From: a virus
Virus record (IMG/VR): IMGVR_UViG_3300001765_000033
Span: 30,583 to 94,582 of that record
Strand: one strand, 5' to 3'
Length of the DNA stretch: 64,000 nucleotides
The translations under genes were made by a program, and so were the position numbers. Positions 18,722 through 28,136 of this stretch are shown here, one piece after another (the stretch's first letter is position 1; each line of letters begins with the position of its first letter). Below the pieces are notes generated by a model. The model was given only the letters and a program-made list of their open reading frames with translations, was not told where the DNA came from and ran no database searches.

Positions 18722-20800
18722 ATGCAATTAAATCAGCATAGCAACCCAAGCACTTCCAACATTGCATCCAAGGTGCAATTCGGGATTTCAAAGAACAGCA
18801 CAAAGTTGTTCTCGATGTTGTCTACTTCATTGTATAGCAACAAAGAGCTTGCTGTGCTGTTTGAAATTGGAGCAAATTGCTCTGATGCACATGCTTTGAA
18901 TGGCAATCAATACAAGCCTTGGGATTTGATTTGCCCAACGTCACTCGATCCAACAATTCGCTTTCGTGATTATGGGCCAGGTTTGTCTGAAGATCAGGTT
19001 TATTCTCTGCTGACAACTTATGGTGAATCCACAAAAGCAAATTCCAATGAGTTCATTGGAGCTTATGGTATTGGGTCAAAATCACCAGCAGCAGTGACTT
19101 CAAACTGGACTGTCATCAGCCGATTTGAAGGTGTGCTGACTGAATACTTGGTGTTCATTGACCAAAATGGTGTCCCTTCATTGTCAAAGATTCGTGAAGA
19201 TTTGGATGATGTTTCTGGTCTTGAGGTTATCATTCCAGTGACACTAAATCGTTTTTATCTTTGGACTGACAAGATCAAAGTTGCTTATGCAAATTATAAG
19301 GTTCGCCCGAATGTAATCAATTATGTGCCATCTTATCCAGAAAATACCTCAGTAGCTTCTGGGGAAAATTGGAATTTGCATGGCGCAGTTTCGTATGGTA
19401 ATCAGATTAAGTTTATTACTACGCAACGGGAATACAGCTTTTCCGACAACGTAAAACATGAATTTGAAAAAGAAGATTTCATGAAGTTGTTGAGCACATC
19501 TATAAGTGTTCATTTTCCGATTGGTACTTTGGAAACATCTTTGTCTCGGGAAGATATTCAATACACACGCCACACGATTGAAAATATTCGCAAAACAATG
19601 CGTCAGGTTTTTGCTGATGTTCGTGCGGAAATTGACACTATCTTAGCGCCCTCTACAGATCGTTTTCAGTTTTGTGAGAATGTCTATCTTGCTGCCAACA
19701 AATTTTTTGGTAGCGATGGTGGAATTTTGCAAATTCTGCAGATTGCAAGCCCTAATACATTCGGTATTGTCAATCGTGAAAATTTGCGTAACTATGAATT
19801 GAAGTTACAAAACTTTGAAAAAGAATGCAAGCCTAAAATCTTTAATGGTATTTCTTCAGTCAATGCTTTGACGAATCGATCAACCTGCTTTAAGTCTTTC
19901 AATATCATGATGGATAAAACTCATGGTTTGATTGATAATTTTACCGTTAAATTATCAATGTCGGCTATTGGTAGAATCGTTATCGTTATTAATGATAGCA
20001 AAAATACCATCGCTAAAGTCAAATATAATCTAAAAGGAAAATATGCTCTTATTTCTGATAAAAACGTATTCCCTGAAGAATTGCAGCGACTTGTTATTCT
20101 ATCGTCTTCGCTTGCATTGGCTCCAAAAGAAGTTAAGGTAAAAGTAAAGCGAGTTAAGCCAGCTTATGATATGTGGGAAATTCGTAAGAACTCGTTTGGA
20201 CGTGTAGATTACAACACTCTTACTGACATGTCACACCCTTATGTTGCAGTTTCATTCACTGACAGTTTCAAAACTTCCAGTATGTCAACATTGCATTATA
20301 AATTGTGGCAAGCACTTAAAGACGATTCTAGCCTTAATATTGTTGCTCGTAAAGAAGGGGCAGACCTACCAAAGAATGTGGTAGACATTGAAGAATATGC
20401 TAACAATTATGTAGCAACCCATAACACAGATGCTTTTTTCATAGAGCACAATGCTTACAATTTAATCAACCAAATTGATTATGATTATTCTTTTGCTGTC
20501 AATAGGCTAAAATCATCATCTATTTGTACAACTGGAAATAGCAAATGGAATGAACTACAGCAAATGATAAAAACTGCGAGGTCTACTGCACCAAAAGACT
20601 CTGAAATTTCAACCAAAATTTATAACACGCTGTTGCGTATTTGTACCATCCTTGGTGTTGCACCAAAGACACAACAATCATCAATGACACTTGACCAAAT
20701 CAAGAATTCGTTGTATACTACATATCCTATGCTAAAGTATGTTAACAGAGATGTTGATATGACTGCGCTAGAATCTTATCTTAATTTAACCGGAAAATAA
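18722..20800 (+). CDS. rIIA: rIIA protein
   Basis: LYSNKELAV..E..AN..DAH, RDYGPGL, IGAYGIGSKSP. Confidence 0.92.
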   Translation: MQLNQHSNPSTSNIASKVQFGISKNSTKLFSMLSTSLYSNKELAVLFEIGANCSDAHALNGNQYKPWDLICPTSLDPTIRFRDYGPGLSEDQVYSLLTTYGESTKANSNEFIGAYGIGSKSPAAVTSNWTVISRFEGVLTEYLVFIDQNGVPSLSKIREDLDDVSGLEVIIPVTLNRFYLWTDKIKVAYANYKVRPNVINYVPSYPENTSVASGENWNLHGAVSYGNQIKFITTQREYSFSDNVKHEFEKEDFMKLLSTSISVHFPIGTLETSLSREDIQYTRHTIENIRKTMRQVFADVRAEIDTILAPSTDRFQFCENVYLAANKFFGSDGGILQILQIASPNTFGIVNRENLRNYELKLQNFEKECKPKIFNGISSVNALTNRSTCFKSFNIMMDKTHGLIDNFTVKLSMSAIGRIVIVINDSKNTIAKVKYNLKGKYALISDKNVFPEELQRLVILSSSLALAPKEVKVKVKRVKPAYDMWEIRKNSFGRVDYNTLTDMSHPYVAVSFTDSFKTSSMSTLHYKLWQALKDDSSLNIVARKEGADLPKNVVDIEEYANNYVATHNTDAFFIEHNAYNLINQIDYDYSFAVNRLKSSSICTTGNSKWNELQQMIKTARSTAPKDSEISTKIYNTLLRICTILGVAPKTQQSSMTLDQIKNSLYTTYPMLKYVNRDVDMTALESYLNLTGK

Positions 20801-20809
20801 GGAATCATC

Positions 20810-21829
20810 ATGACACATACTTTTTTTATGACGGACGATCAAGTAACATTGATCAATTTGAGCAATGGCAATCGAGTTACCATCCATAGTGGCGACTCTC
20901 GTTTTGCAGAATTTTCAAAACTGGTGGCTGAAGGTGATTTTGTAAAAGCAGAATCCCTTGACGTTAAGGCAGTCGTTGCCACATTTGCCAGTGACTCAAA
21001 TACCAAAGATTTTCGCGTGGAAATCAAAAATGGCGTCGGTTCTATCTACATTAACAATGTTTCTTATTTGCTTGAGCAAACTATTGTTAACAAGATCATC
21101 AAGATGCAGGCTCAGGGATTTGATTCTAAGCCATTGATTGCTTTCCTGAAGAATTTGTATAACAACCCAAGCAAGGTTGCCGTTCAAGAGCTTTATTTGT
21201 TCTTGGAAAAAGCAGAATTGCCAATTACTACAGATGGTTGCTTTATTGCATACAAGGTAATCCGCAACAATTACCTAGATATTCATTCTTCTACGTTTGA
21301 TAACTCAGTTGGTGCAGTGTGCTCAATGCCTCGCTTTGAAGTGGACGATGTTCGTTCAAATACATGTTCAGCTGGTTTGCATTTTTGCAGTCGCAGTTAT
21401 CTATCTCAGTTTGGTTCTGGCCGCATGGACGATGACCGTTGCGTCTTGGTTAAGATTAATCCTGCTGATGTGGTGTCTATTCCATCCGATTACAACAATG
21501 CAAAAGGACGCACATGCCGCTATGAAGTTGTTGGTGAAGTTACCGCCGAAAACTGGCGCAGTGATTTGACAAACAAGGACTTTACTGAAAGTGCTGTGGT
21601 CGATGATTATGACGAAGATGAAGACGAGTATGACGAAGACGAATTTGATGAAGCTGAAGCTGAATATAAAACATTTTCGCAAACATTGGCTTCTCGTATC
21701 GTAGACGATGGTTACTATTTTGATGATACAGTTGATCGTTGGCGCAATGAGTCAGGTCGGATGGTTTCTCGTGTGACACTATCTGATCTTTTTGATGTCG
21801 ATGTTTCAGATATCGTAGAACTAGAATAA
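20810..21829 (+). CDS. rIIB: rIIB protein
   Basis: NPS..AV.ELY.FL, PIT.DG.F.AYK, CSAGLH, VKINPADVVSIP.DY. Confidence 0.93.
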   Translation: MTHTFFMTDDQVTLINLSNGNRVTIHSGDSRFAEFSKLVAEGDFVKAESLDVKAVVATFASDSNTKDFRVEIKNGVGSIYINNVSYLLEQTIVNKIIKMQAQGFDSKPLIAFLKNLYNNPSKVAVQELYLFLEKAELPITTDGCFIAYKVIRNNYLDIHSSTFDNSVGAVCSMPRFEVDDVRSNTCSAGLHFCSRSYLSQFGSGRMDDDRCVLVKINPADVVSIPSDYNNAKGRTCRYEVVGEVTAENWRSDLTNKDFTESAVVDDYDEDEDEYDEDEFDEAEAEYKTFSQTLASRIVDDGYYFDDTVDRWRNESGRMVSRVTLSDLFDVDVSDIVELE

Positions 21830-21841
21830 AAATTCTAACAT

Positions 21842-21882
21842 TTAAAGACCTAACTGTGCTAAAATGGCAGTTAGGTCTTTAA
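21842..21882 (+). promoter_or_regulatory. 15-bp-stem hairpin (terminator-like) enclosing extended -10 TGTGCTAAAAT
   Basis: TTAAAGACCTAACTG / CAGTTAGGTCTTTAA. Confidence 0.7.
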
Positions 21883-21898
21883 CGCATCTAAGGAAATA

Positions 21899-22210
21899 AT
21901 GACAAAAGGTATAAAATTTGATCAAGGTAAACCAGAGTATGGTTTGATTCCGCCACATGCTTTACATGAAATGGTTAAGGTGTTGACGGTTGGCGCATCT
22001 AAGTATGCTAGAGATAATTGGCAGATTGTGTCAGATCGTGAACGAAGATATTTTGATGCCCTACAACGACATTTATGGGCATGGAAACGAGGCGAAAAAT
22101 ATGATGCTGAAGACGGGTTACACCATTTAGCTCATGCTGCTTGCTGTGTATTTTTTCTATATGAAGTAGATGAAATTTTTGGTGAAAATTTAAATAATGA
22201 AGGAAAATAA
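21899..22210 (+). CDS. dATP/dGTP diphosphohydrolase-like domain protein (DUF5664-like)
   Basis: GIKFDQGKP, VLTVGA.KY..DNW, RY.DAL.RH, GLHHLAHA. Confidence 0.8.
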   Translation: MTKGIKFDQGKPEYGLIPPHALHEMVKVLTVGASKYARDNWQIVSDRERRYFDALQRHLWAWKRGEKYDAEDGLHHLAHAACCVFFLYEVDEIFGENLNNEGK

Positions 22211-22875
22211 TGTTAATCTCTAAACAAACACTGGATATCGCTAAGAATTTTGCTGCTATTAATAGCAATTTCTTGATTAAGAAAGGCAAAATTCAACAGA
22301 CAATGAGTGTGTCTCGTGATATTATGGCTGAAATCGAATTCGCAGAAGACTTTCCTCAAGAGGCTGGTATCTTTAATATGAACGAATTCCTTGGAGTAAT
22401 CTCACTGTTTTCTACTCCAGACTTTGCATTTGATACAAAATATGTCACTGTCAGCGAAGGTAAAAATAAAATCAAATATGTTTATGCTGATGCATCGTTA
22501 CTAACAGTGCCTAATAAAACTCTCGTTATGCCTACTCCAGAAGTGACCCTTGACCTATCAGAAGATAGCTTAAAAAAGATGCAGAAGGCTGCGAATGTTT
22601 TGTCAGTTGGTGATCTAGCTATCATTGGTGATGGTAAGACATTGACCGCAAAAGTGTTTGATATCAAAAATCCGACCAGTAACAATTTTGAATTGGAATT
22701 GGGTGAACACACAGGAAACGAGTTTGAAGTTTATTTCAAGTTAGATAAGTTAGTTAAGCTGTATCCTGGCAGCTATACGGTGCAGGTATCGTCTAAGAAA
22801 ATTAGCCAATTCAAGCACAATGACATTAACCTAAAAGTATGGATTGCGATTGAAGCTAACTCAAAATTTGTTTGA
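22210..22875 (+). CDS. 45: Sliding clamp gp45
   Basis: KNFAAIN, FPQEAGIF, WIAIE; 45-44-62-regA order. Confidence 0.93.
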   Translation: MLISKQTLDIAKNFAAINSNFLIKKGKIQQTMSVSRDIMAEIEFAEDFPQEAGIFNMNEFLGVISLFSTPDFAFDTKYVTVSEGKNKIKYVYADASLLTVPNKTLVMPTPEVTLDLSEDSLKKMQKAANVLSVGDLAIIGDGKTLTAKVFDIKNPTSNNFELELGEHTGNEFEVYFKLDKLVKLYPGSYTVQVSSKKISQFKHNDINLKVWIAIEANSKFV

Positions 22876-22877
22876 TC

Positions 22878-23831
22878 ATGGCGTTATACCAAAAAGAAAA
22901 TCAGTATGTCTGGAGCGAAAAATTTAGACCCAATAGGATTGCTGATTTAATTTTACCAGAGCATATTAAATCTACCTTGCTTGGATATGTTAAGCAAGGT
23001 AAGATTCCAAATCTGCTGTTTTCTGGTGGTGCGGGTCAAGGAAAAACTTCTGCCGCTAGAGCATTGTGTGAAGAGGTAGGTTGTGATTATATTTTAATCA
23101 ATGCGTCCAATGAAGGTAGCGTTGATGTTCTACGAACAAAAATAACGCAATTTGCGTCCACAACTTCTTTTAGTGATGCTAAAAAAGTTATCATTTTGGA
23201 TGAATTTGATCATGCTGGTGCTATTTTTTCGGTAGCACTACGAGCATTCATCGAAGAGTATTCATCAAATTGCACTTTTATTTTGACCTGCAATTTTCCA
23301 AAAAGAATTATTGAGCCAATTCATTCTCGTTGCGGGTTCGTTGATTTTAAGATTGCAGCTAAAGAACGGCCAGAATTGGCGAATCAATTTTATAAACGTG
23401 TCATACAAATTCTCGAAAATGAAAATGTAGAATACGATAAAAAGGTTGTTAGCGAAGTCGTTTCAAAGCACTTTCCAGACTTCAGAAGGTGCCTTAGTGA
23501 GCTTCAAAAATATTCTGCGTCTGGTAGGATAGATTCTGGTATTTTGGTCAACATGGACGAGGCATCGTTCAAATTGTTGATAACTTCACTGAAGGCTAAA
23601 AAATGGATGGACATGCGCAAATGGGTTTCTAACAATCCAGACATCGATTCTGCTCAGTTTTTCAGAATGTTTTATGATACTGCAGTTCAATTGGTTAAAC
23701 CAAAATGCATTCCAGAGTTGATTCTTTTGATCAGCCAGTATCAGATTTATGCCTCTCAAGTTGCTGATCAGGAAATTAACAATGTCGCCTTCTTAACGGA
23801 AATGCTGACTGGCAGCATTGAATTCAATTGA
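22878..23831 (+). CDS. 44: Clamp loader large subunit gp44
   Basis: WSEKFRP, GGAGQGKT, IILDEFD, HSRC. Confidence 0.95.
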   Translation: MALYQKENQYVWSEKFRPNRIADLILPEHIKSTLLGYVKQGKIPNLLFSGGAGQGKTSAARALCEEVGCDYILINASNEGSVDVLRTKITQFASTTSFSDAKKVIILDEFDHAGAIFSVALRAFIEEYSSNCTFILTCNFPKRIIEPIHSRCGFVDFKIAAKERPELANQFYKRVIQILENENVEYDKKVVSEVVSKHFPDFRRCLSELQKYSASGRIDSGILVNMDEASFKLLITSLKAKKWMDMRKWVSNNPDIDSAQFFRMFYDTAVQLVKPKCIPELILLISQYQIYASQVADQEINNVAFLTEMLTGSIEFN

Positions 23832-24196
23832 GTCCATTTGATTATGTGAAGTCATTCTCATCCAAAGAAAATGTTTGGACAGAAGATGATGGCAAAAATT
23901 ACGAACCGTGGATGATAAATAAAAGCTTATCGTTCATGAAGGATTGTATTTTTGCTGCTAATGAAATGAATAAAAAATTCAACTTGGATAAAAAGTTGCA
24001 ACATGATTTTCTTTTTAATTTCATTCCAAAGGGTAAAAGATTTGGTGCATGGATGAAAAAAGAAATCGATCCGAATGTTCAAATTATTTCTGAATATTTT
24101 TGTATAAATAATGTGTTGGCAGAGAAATATATTTCTCTTCTGACACAAGAACAATTACAAGAAATCAAAAATAAAATGAACAGAGGTGGCAGGTGA
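23828..24196 (+). CDS. 62: Clamp loader small subunit gp62
   Basis: PFDYV, INKSLS...D....ANEMN, LQHDF. Confidence 0.9.
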   Translation: MSPFDYVKSFSSKENVWTEDDGKNYEPWMINKSLSFMKDCIFAANEMNKKFNLDKKLQHDFLFNFIPKGKRFGAWMKKEIDPNVQIISEYFCINNVLAEKYISLLTQEQLQEIKNKMNRGGR

Positions 24197-24591
24197 ATGA
24201 TGAATTAAATATTGGAGTTGCCGTTGAATTAAAAAATCCAGATGACTTTCTTTTAATCAAAGAGTCATTAACGAGAATTGGTGTAGCTAATATAAAAGAT
24301 AAAAAGTTATACCAAAGTGTGAATTTACTTCATAAAAGAGGTAAATATTATATTATGCACTTTAAGGAAATGTTTCTGCTAGATGGTAAATCTGCAGACA
24401 TTTCTGATGAAGATATTGGACGAAGAAATTTGATCGTGTCGTTATTGCAAGATTGGGGTTTGCTCAAAGTTAAAAATTTAGAGCAAATTGCCTTTAAGTC
24501 TTCAATGTCAACAATTAAAATTTTATCGTTCGTTGAGAAATCGCAGTGGTCGTGTATCCCTAAATACACAATTGGAAATCGTAAACACTAA
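24193..24591 (+). CDS. regA: Translational repressor RegA
   Basis: DDFL.IKESLTRIGVA, LHKRGKYYIMHFKE.F.LDG. Confidence 0.95.
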   Translation: MNDELNIGVAVELKNPDDFLLIKESLTRIGVANIKDKKLYQSVNLLHKRGKYYIMHFKEMFLLDGKSADISDEDIGRRNLIVSLLQDWGLLKVKNLEQIAFKSSMSTIKILSFVEKSQWSCIPKYTIGNRKH

Positions 24592-24606
24592 ATAATGGAG
24601 TAAAGT

Positions 24607-24804
24607 ATGGATGAAAAACTAAATTTGTCGCTAGAAGTAAAAGATATTAATAACACTTTGAACGCATTGGGTCAAATGCCTTATGTTCAGGTTGTTGATT
24701 TGATTGGAAATATTAAATCACAAGCAGAATCACAGCTACAACGGAAACAGCAACAAGCAGAATCTGTTGAGCAAAAACCGCAGTTTCTACAAGAATCTGC
24801 GTAA
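24607..24804 (+). CDS. Small coiled-coil hypothetical protein
   Basis: 65 aa, GGAG SD. Confidence 0.65.
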   Translation: MDEKLNLSLEVKDINNTLNALGQMPYVQVVDLIGNIKSQAESQLQRKQQQAESVEQKPQFLQESA

Positions 24805-24832
24805 TAAAAATTTGGGGAGTATTTCTCCAAAT

Positions 24833-24890
24833 CATTGATGCCCATTATGGGGTCAATGCCATTTAAATCGTCCTTAAAGGAGAAAATAAA
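24833..24890 (+). promoter_or_regulatory. Structured hsp20 leader, candidate RNA thermometer
   Basis: Hairpin CATTGA..CCC/GGG..TCAATG, then TCCT-TAA-AGGA pairing over the SD. Confidence 0.45.
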
Positions 24891-25337
24891 ATGAGTATAT
24901 CACGTCAATATATGCCCAGCAATTGGGTTGGTTTCGAGTCATTTTTTAATGATCTTGATCGTTTGTCTTTATCCGGTGATCGGAGTCCAAATTGGCCCCC
25001 ATACAACATCAAAAAAATTGATGACACTAACTTTGCAATTGAACTTGCAATTTCTGGTTTCGCAATTAAAGATGTTGTTATTACATCAAAAGAAAACGTC
25101 TTGACTATCGTGGGCGATCAGCCAACTACAGATGATAATCAATATATCTACAAAGGTATCGCATCGAGGAAATTTTCAAGGTCGTTCACCATCGCTGATA
25201 ATGTATTTATCAAAAATGCATCTTTGGTAAATGGTATGTTGACTGTATACCTTGAACGAATTTTACTAGAGGCAAAGAAAATGAAGACAATCGAGATTCT
25301 TCCCGATGATCCAGTGCCAAAAATTGCACTGACCTGA
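24891..25337 (+). CDS. hsp20: Small heat shock protein (IbpA/Hsp20)
   Basis: PPYNI, IELA..GF, YKGIA.R.F.R.F, NG.L. Confidence 0.93.
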   Translation: MSISRQYMPSNWVGFESFFNDLDRLSLSGDRSPNWPPYNIKKIDDTNFAIELAISGFAIKDVVITSKENVLTIVGDQPTTDDNQYIYKGIASRKFSRSFTIADNVFIKNASLVNGMLTVYLERILLEAKKMKTIEILPDDPVPKIALT

Positions 25338-25348
25338 TCTAAATAATT

Positions 25349-25368
25349 GAGGGCGCAAGCCCTCTTTT
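25349..25368 (+). terminator. Intrinsic terminator
   Basis: GAGGGC-GCAA-GCCCTC-TTTT. Confidence 0.75.
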
Positions 25369-25389
25369 CAATTTCAGGGAGATACAAAA

Positions 25390-25584
25390 ATGCTAAAGTC
25401 CTTTGAAAAAGTTTGCTCAAATCAGTGGATTTTCAAAATGTCCGTTGATGATTATATGAAGTCGGTGATGTTGGTTTCTATAAATTTTCCTCATGACTGG
25501 ACTAACGTAAGATTTTTTAAGTGTGTCGAAGACGCAACACTTTTTGCAAATTGTTTAAATATTCAAGGAAAAATCATAACCTAA
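25390..25584 (+). CDS. Hypothetical protein
   Basis: 64 aa, GGAG SD. Confidence 0.5.
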   Translation: MLKSFEKVCSNQWIFKMSVDDYMKSVMLVSINFPHDWTNVRFFKCVEDATLFANCLNIQGKIIT

Positions 25585-25638
25585 GAGTAAAGCATGATAC
25601 AATTCAGTCTTCAGCAAACACTTTAGGATTGAATCATC

Positions 25639-25953
25639 ATGGCAAACGTCCTCACTGTCGGTATCTTCAATGTTAGCATCGTAGAAATCGGTGAAAAGTA
25701 TGGTAATGGTGCAGTAAACAATTATTCTGAGCCTTTGGTTGTTTTTCATGACAACCGTTTCGTTCGTCCTGACATTGGTTGGGTTCACGGTCAACAAGTG
25801 TCTTCTTATTTGGTGTCTACCATGCTTGAACGTAACTCTCGTTATGGTCTGAACTTGGATGGTGGAATCCCTGAGTGGTCTGTCAGTGCTTCCGACATGA
25901 ATAAAGTTTCTTTGTGGTTGAACGAATATTTGTTGCAATCCGTAGAATTCTGA
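25639..25953 (+). CDS. Early hypothetical protein
   Basis: Follows the TGATACAATTCAGTCTTCAGC promoter/leader; AGGA SD. Confidence 0.7.
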   Translation: MANVLTVGIFNVSIVEIGEKYGNGAVNNYSEPLVVFHDNRFVRPDIGWVHGQQVSSYLVSTMLERNSRYGLNLDGGIPEWSVSASDMNKVSLWLNEYLLQSVEF

Positions 25954-25995
25954 GTTATAATTCAGTTCTTCCAATAAACTTCGTAGGATTTTATT

Positions 25996-26172
25996 ATGAA
26001 ACACGATTCTTGGGTTCCTGCTTGTGGTGGTACTGAATTGCCTTTCAAGACTCGTTCTGGTAAGGTTTTGCAATATATGTGGAACCGTACCACTGGTGAT
26101 CACGCTTACTACTGTGTGACCGATGATCTTTTCTTGTCTGATGAAGACGCTCGTTTGTATTTAGGAGTTTGA
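25996..26172 (+). CDS. Small early protein (58 aa, absent from the ORF track)
   Basis: MKHDSWVPACGGTELPFKTRSGKVLQYMWNRTTGDHAYYCVTDDLFLSDEDARLYLGV; AGGA SD. Confidence 0.7.
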   Translation: MKHDSWVPACGGTELPFKTRSGKVLQYMWNRTTGDHAYYCVTDDLFLSDEDARLYLGV

Positions 26173-26525
26173 TTGTGAATAAAACTGCATGGGTAGCTTG
26201 GTCCAATACTGATTTGAATGAGGGTAGAGGGTTAATTTTTCCTCTTTTTGTCTGCGAATTAAAAGAAACCGCATTGCGAAAAGGTAAAGGACATGATGTA
26301 CAAGGGTCAGATTGTAGCGTCACAGAAGTCGAGCTTGTACAGAAAGGTTCTTTAGTGTATGGTCCTATTGTCCTCATTCCTGGATCAAAAGAAGATATTG
26401 CATTAGCAGCCAAAAATAAAATTGCAGACGAACGAAAAGAAAAACTTAAAGAAGTGATAGGTAGAGCTAAAGACCTTGGGATGTCTGATAAAGATATTAA
26501 TTTGTTGTTGCAAGGTTTAGTGTAA
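26169..26525 (+). CDS. Hypothetical protein
   Basis: 118 aa, AGGAG SD. Confidence 0.65.
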   Translation: MIVNKTAWVAWSNTDLNEGRGLIFPLFVCELKETALRKGKGHDVQGSDCSVTEVELVQKGSLVYGPIVLIPGSKEDIALAAKNKIADERKEKLKEVIGRAKDLGMSDKDINLLLQGLV

Positions 26526-26785
26526 TGCGTACAAAATTTTTACCATCATGTAGGTCGTGTGAACATTACAGTGTTCACAAAGAAACTGAAAGTTGGGAAA
26601 TGCCTCACATTGCTTGGTGGGGTCATTTGTGTGATGCAAAACCTGGTGTTTCAAATTTGAGACAATTTCCGTTTCAAAACACCAAGTGTGCTAAACACTC
26701 CAATAAAAATAAGAGTGTTCCTGCTGGCTACACTGAAGAAGAGCTTGAACGCGACAGCCCTTACAATGGTTGGTTGTCAGAATGA
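26525..26785 (+). CDS. Hypothetical Cys-containing protein
   Basis: 86 aa, CxxC, TAATG coupling. Confidence 0.55.
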   Translation: MRTKFLPSCRSCEHYSVHKETESWEMPHIAWWGHLCDAKPGVSNLRQFPFQNTKCAKHSNKNKSVPAGYTEEELERDSPYNGWLSE

Positions 26786-26875
26786 GACACTTTTAAAAAT
26801 ATTTGTGCTTGGTTTCGTTTTTGATAAAAATTGCTGCTATAATTCAGTCATCGGCAACAAAACCGGAAATTGAAA

Positions 26876-28075
26876 ATGTCAAACTTCTACGAAATTCCTT
26901 CTCACAACTTCAGCTTCTTGGAAGCCCACATCGAAAAGCTGAACAAGACTGCCACGAAACTCGGTTGCGTTCCGACCGAAATGTTTGTGATGTTTCCTTT
27001 TTCCAAGAACATCGGTACTGCCGATGAGCCTAAGTTCATCGAGTTTCTGAAGGTGTCTGTTGATGGTAAGTCTCCTGTTTTGGATGGTTGGACTTTCATT
27101 GGTAAGCGTGAGCCAATTGAAGGTTCCACTTCTGTCTTGACAAAAACTGCTCCTAATTCGGTAGTACCTGTTGAATTTTCTGATGACCATGCTCTGAAAT
27201 GCGATCATTGCCACAAGAAAAATTCTCGTCGCATTTTCACCTATTTGGTTCAAAAAGAAGAGCAAACTCTTGAAGTTGGTAAAACTTGCCTGAAAGATTT
27301 CATCGGTCATGGTGATCCAGAAAAGCTTGCTGCTTATGCTGAATCGCTGTTTGATATCAATTCTTATGCTCAATCTTTGATTGACCCAGATTACATGGGT
27401 GGTGGTCGTGTTGTTTTGACTGCTGATCTTGAATACATGGTTACTCTTGCTGTTGCTCAAATTCGCCAACACGGGTTTGTGTCAGGTAAGCTTGCTTCAG
27501 AAGAAATGATTATTGCGACTTCTTCTTATGTCCACGATCACCTTTTTCCTCCCATGTTTTCTAAACTCAATGAGCACACGATTAGCTTTAATGAGCAAGA
27601 TGAAAAGAATGCAGTTGCTGCTATTGCTTTCTTGAAAAATCATCCTAAAGCTGGTGTCGAAGAGTTTTGGACAAATCTTTCTAAGATCGTTTCTCTTGAC
27701 TATGCGCCAGGTAAAATGCTTGGTTACATTTGTGCCGGTGTCAATTTCTACCTGAAATCTCTCGTTGTTTCCTCTGGTGATTTTGATCAAGCTCCGATTG
27801 CAGAAGCTGGTCAAAAAGTCGAAGTTTCTGGTGAAGTTTTGTCAGCTTTTGCTTACGATACAGCTTTCGGCACAAAACACATTTTTACAGTCAAGACCGA
27901 TTCTAACAAGCTGATCAAAATGTTTACATGTAGTGGTTGGAATGTCGAAAAGGGTTCTCGTGTTTGCATCAAGGGCAAGGTTGGTTCTTTTGAAGTCGAG
28001 TCTTTTGCTCGTAGCCCATTCAAAGGTAAATTCGTCACGACAATGGCTCCACGAGCCAAAATCGTTCTAGCCTAA
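26876..28075 (+). CDS. Early protein with Zn-binding motif and C-terminal OB-fold-like domain
   Basis: CDHC..RR, VG.TCL.DF.G, YDTAFGT; own promoter at 26835. Confidence 0.65.
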   Translation: MSNFYEIPSHNFSFLEAHIEKLNKTATKLGCVPTEMFVMFPFSKNIGTADEPKFIEFLKVSVDGKSPVLDGWTFIGKREPIEGSTSVLTKTAPNSVVPVEFSDDHALKCDHCHKKNSRRIFTYLVQKEEQTLEVGKTCLKDFIGHGDPEKLAAYAESLFDINSYAQSLIDPDYMGGGRVVLTADLEYMVTLAVAQIRQHGFVSGKLASEEMIIATSSYVHDHLFPPMFSKLNEHTISFNEQDEKNAVAAIAFLKNHPKAGVEEFWTNLSKIVSLDYAPGKMLGYICAGVNFYLKSLVVSSGDFDQAPIAEAGQKVEVSGEVLSAFAYDTAFGTKHIFTVKTDSNKLIKMFTCSGWNVEKGSRVCIKGKVGSFEVESFARSPFKGKFVTTMAPRAKIVLA

Positions 28076-28091
28076 AAATTAGGTAAATAAC

Positions 28092-28125
28092 AAGGCCTGT
28101 GGTACAATATCACAGGTCTTTTTTT
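28092..28125 (+). terminator. Intrinsic terminator enclosing extended -10 TGTGGTACAAT (gp43 promoter)
   Basis: AAGGCCTGTG/CACAGGTCTT followed by a T-tract. Confidence 0.75.
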
Positions 28126-28136
28126 ATTGGAGAATT

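Noticed and set aside
25555-27814. Long minus-strand ORFs opposite the early genes
   Set aside because: Antisense artefacts of strongly biased codon usage.
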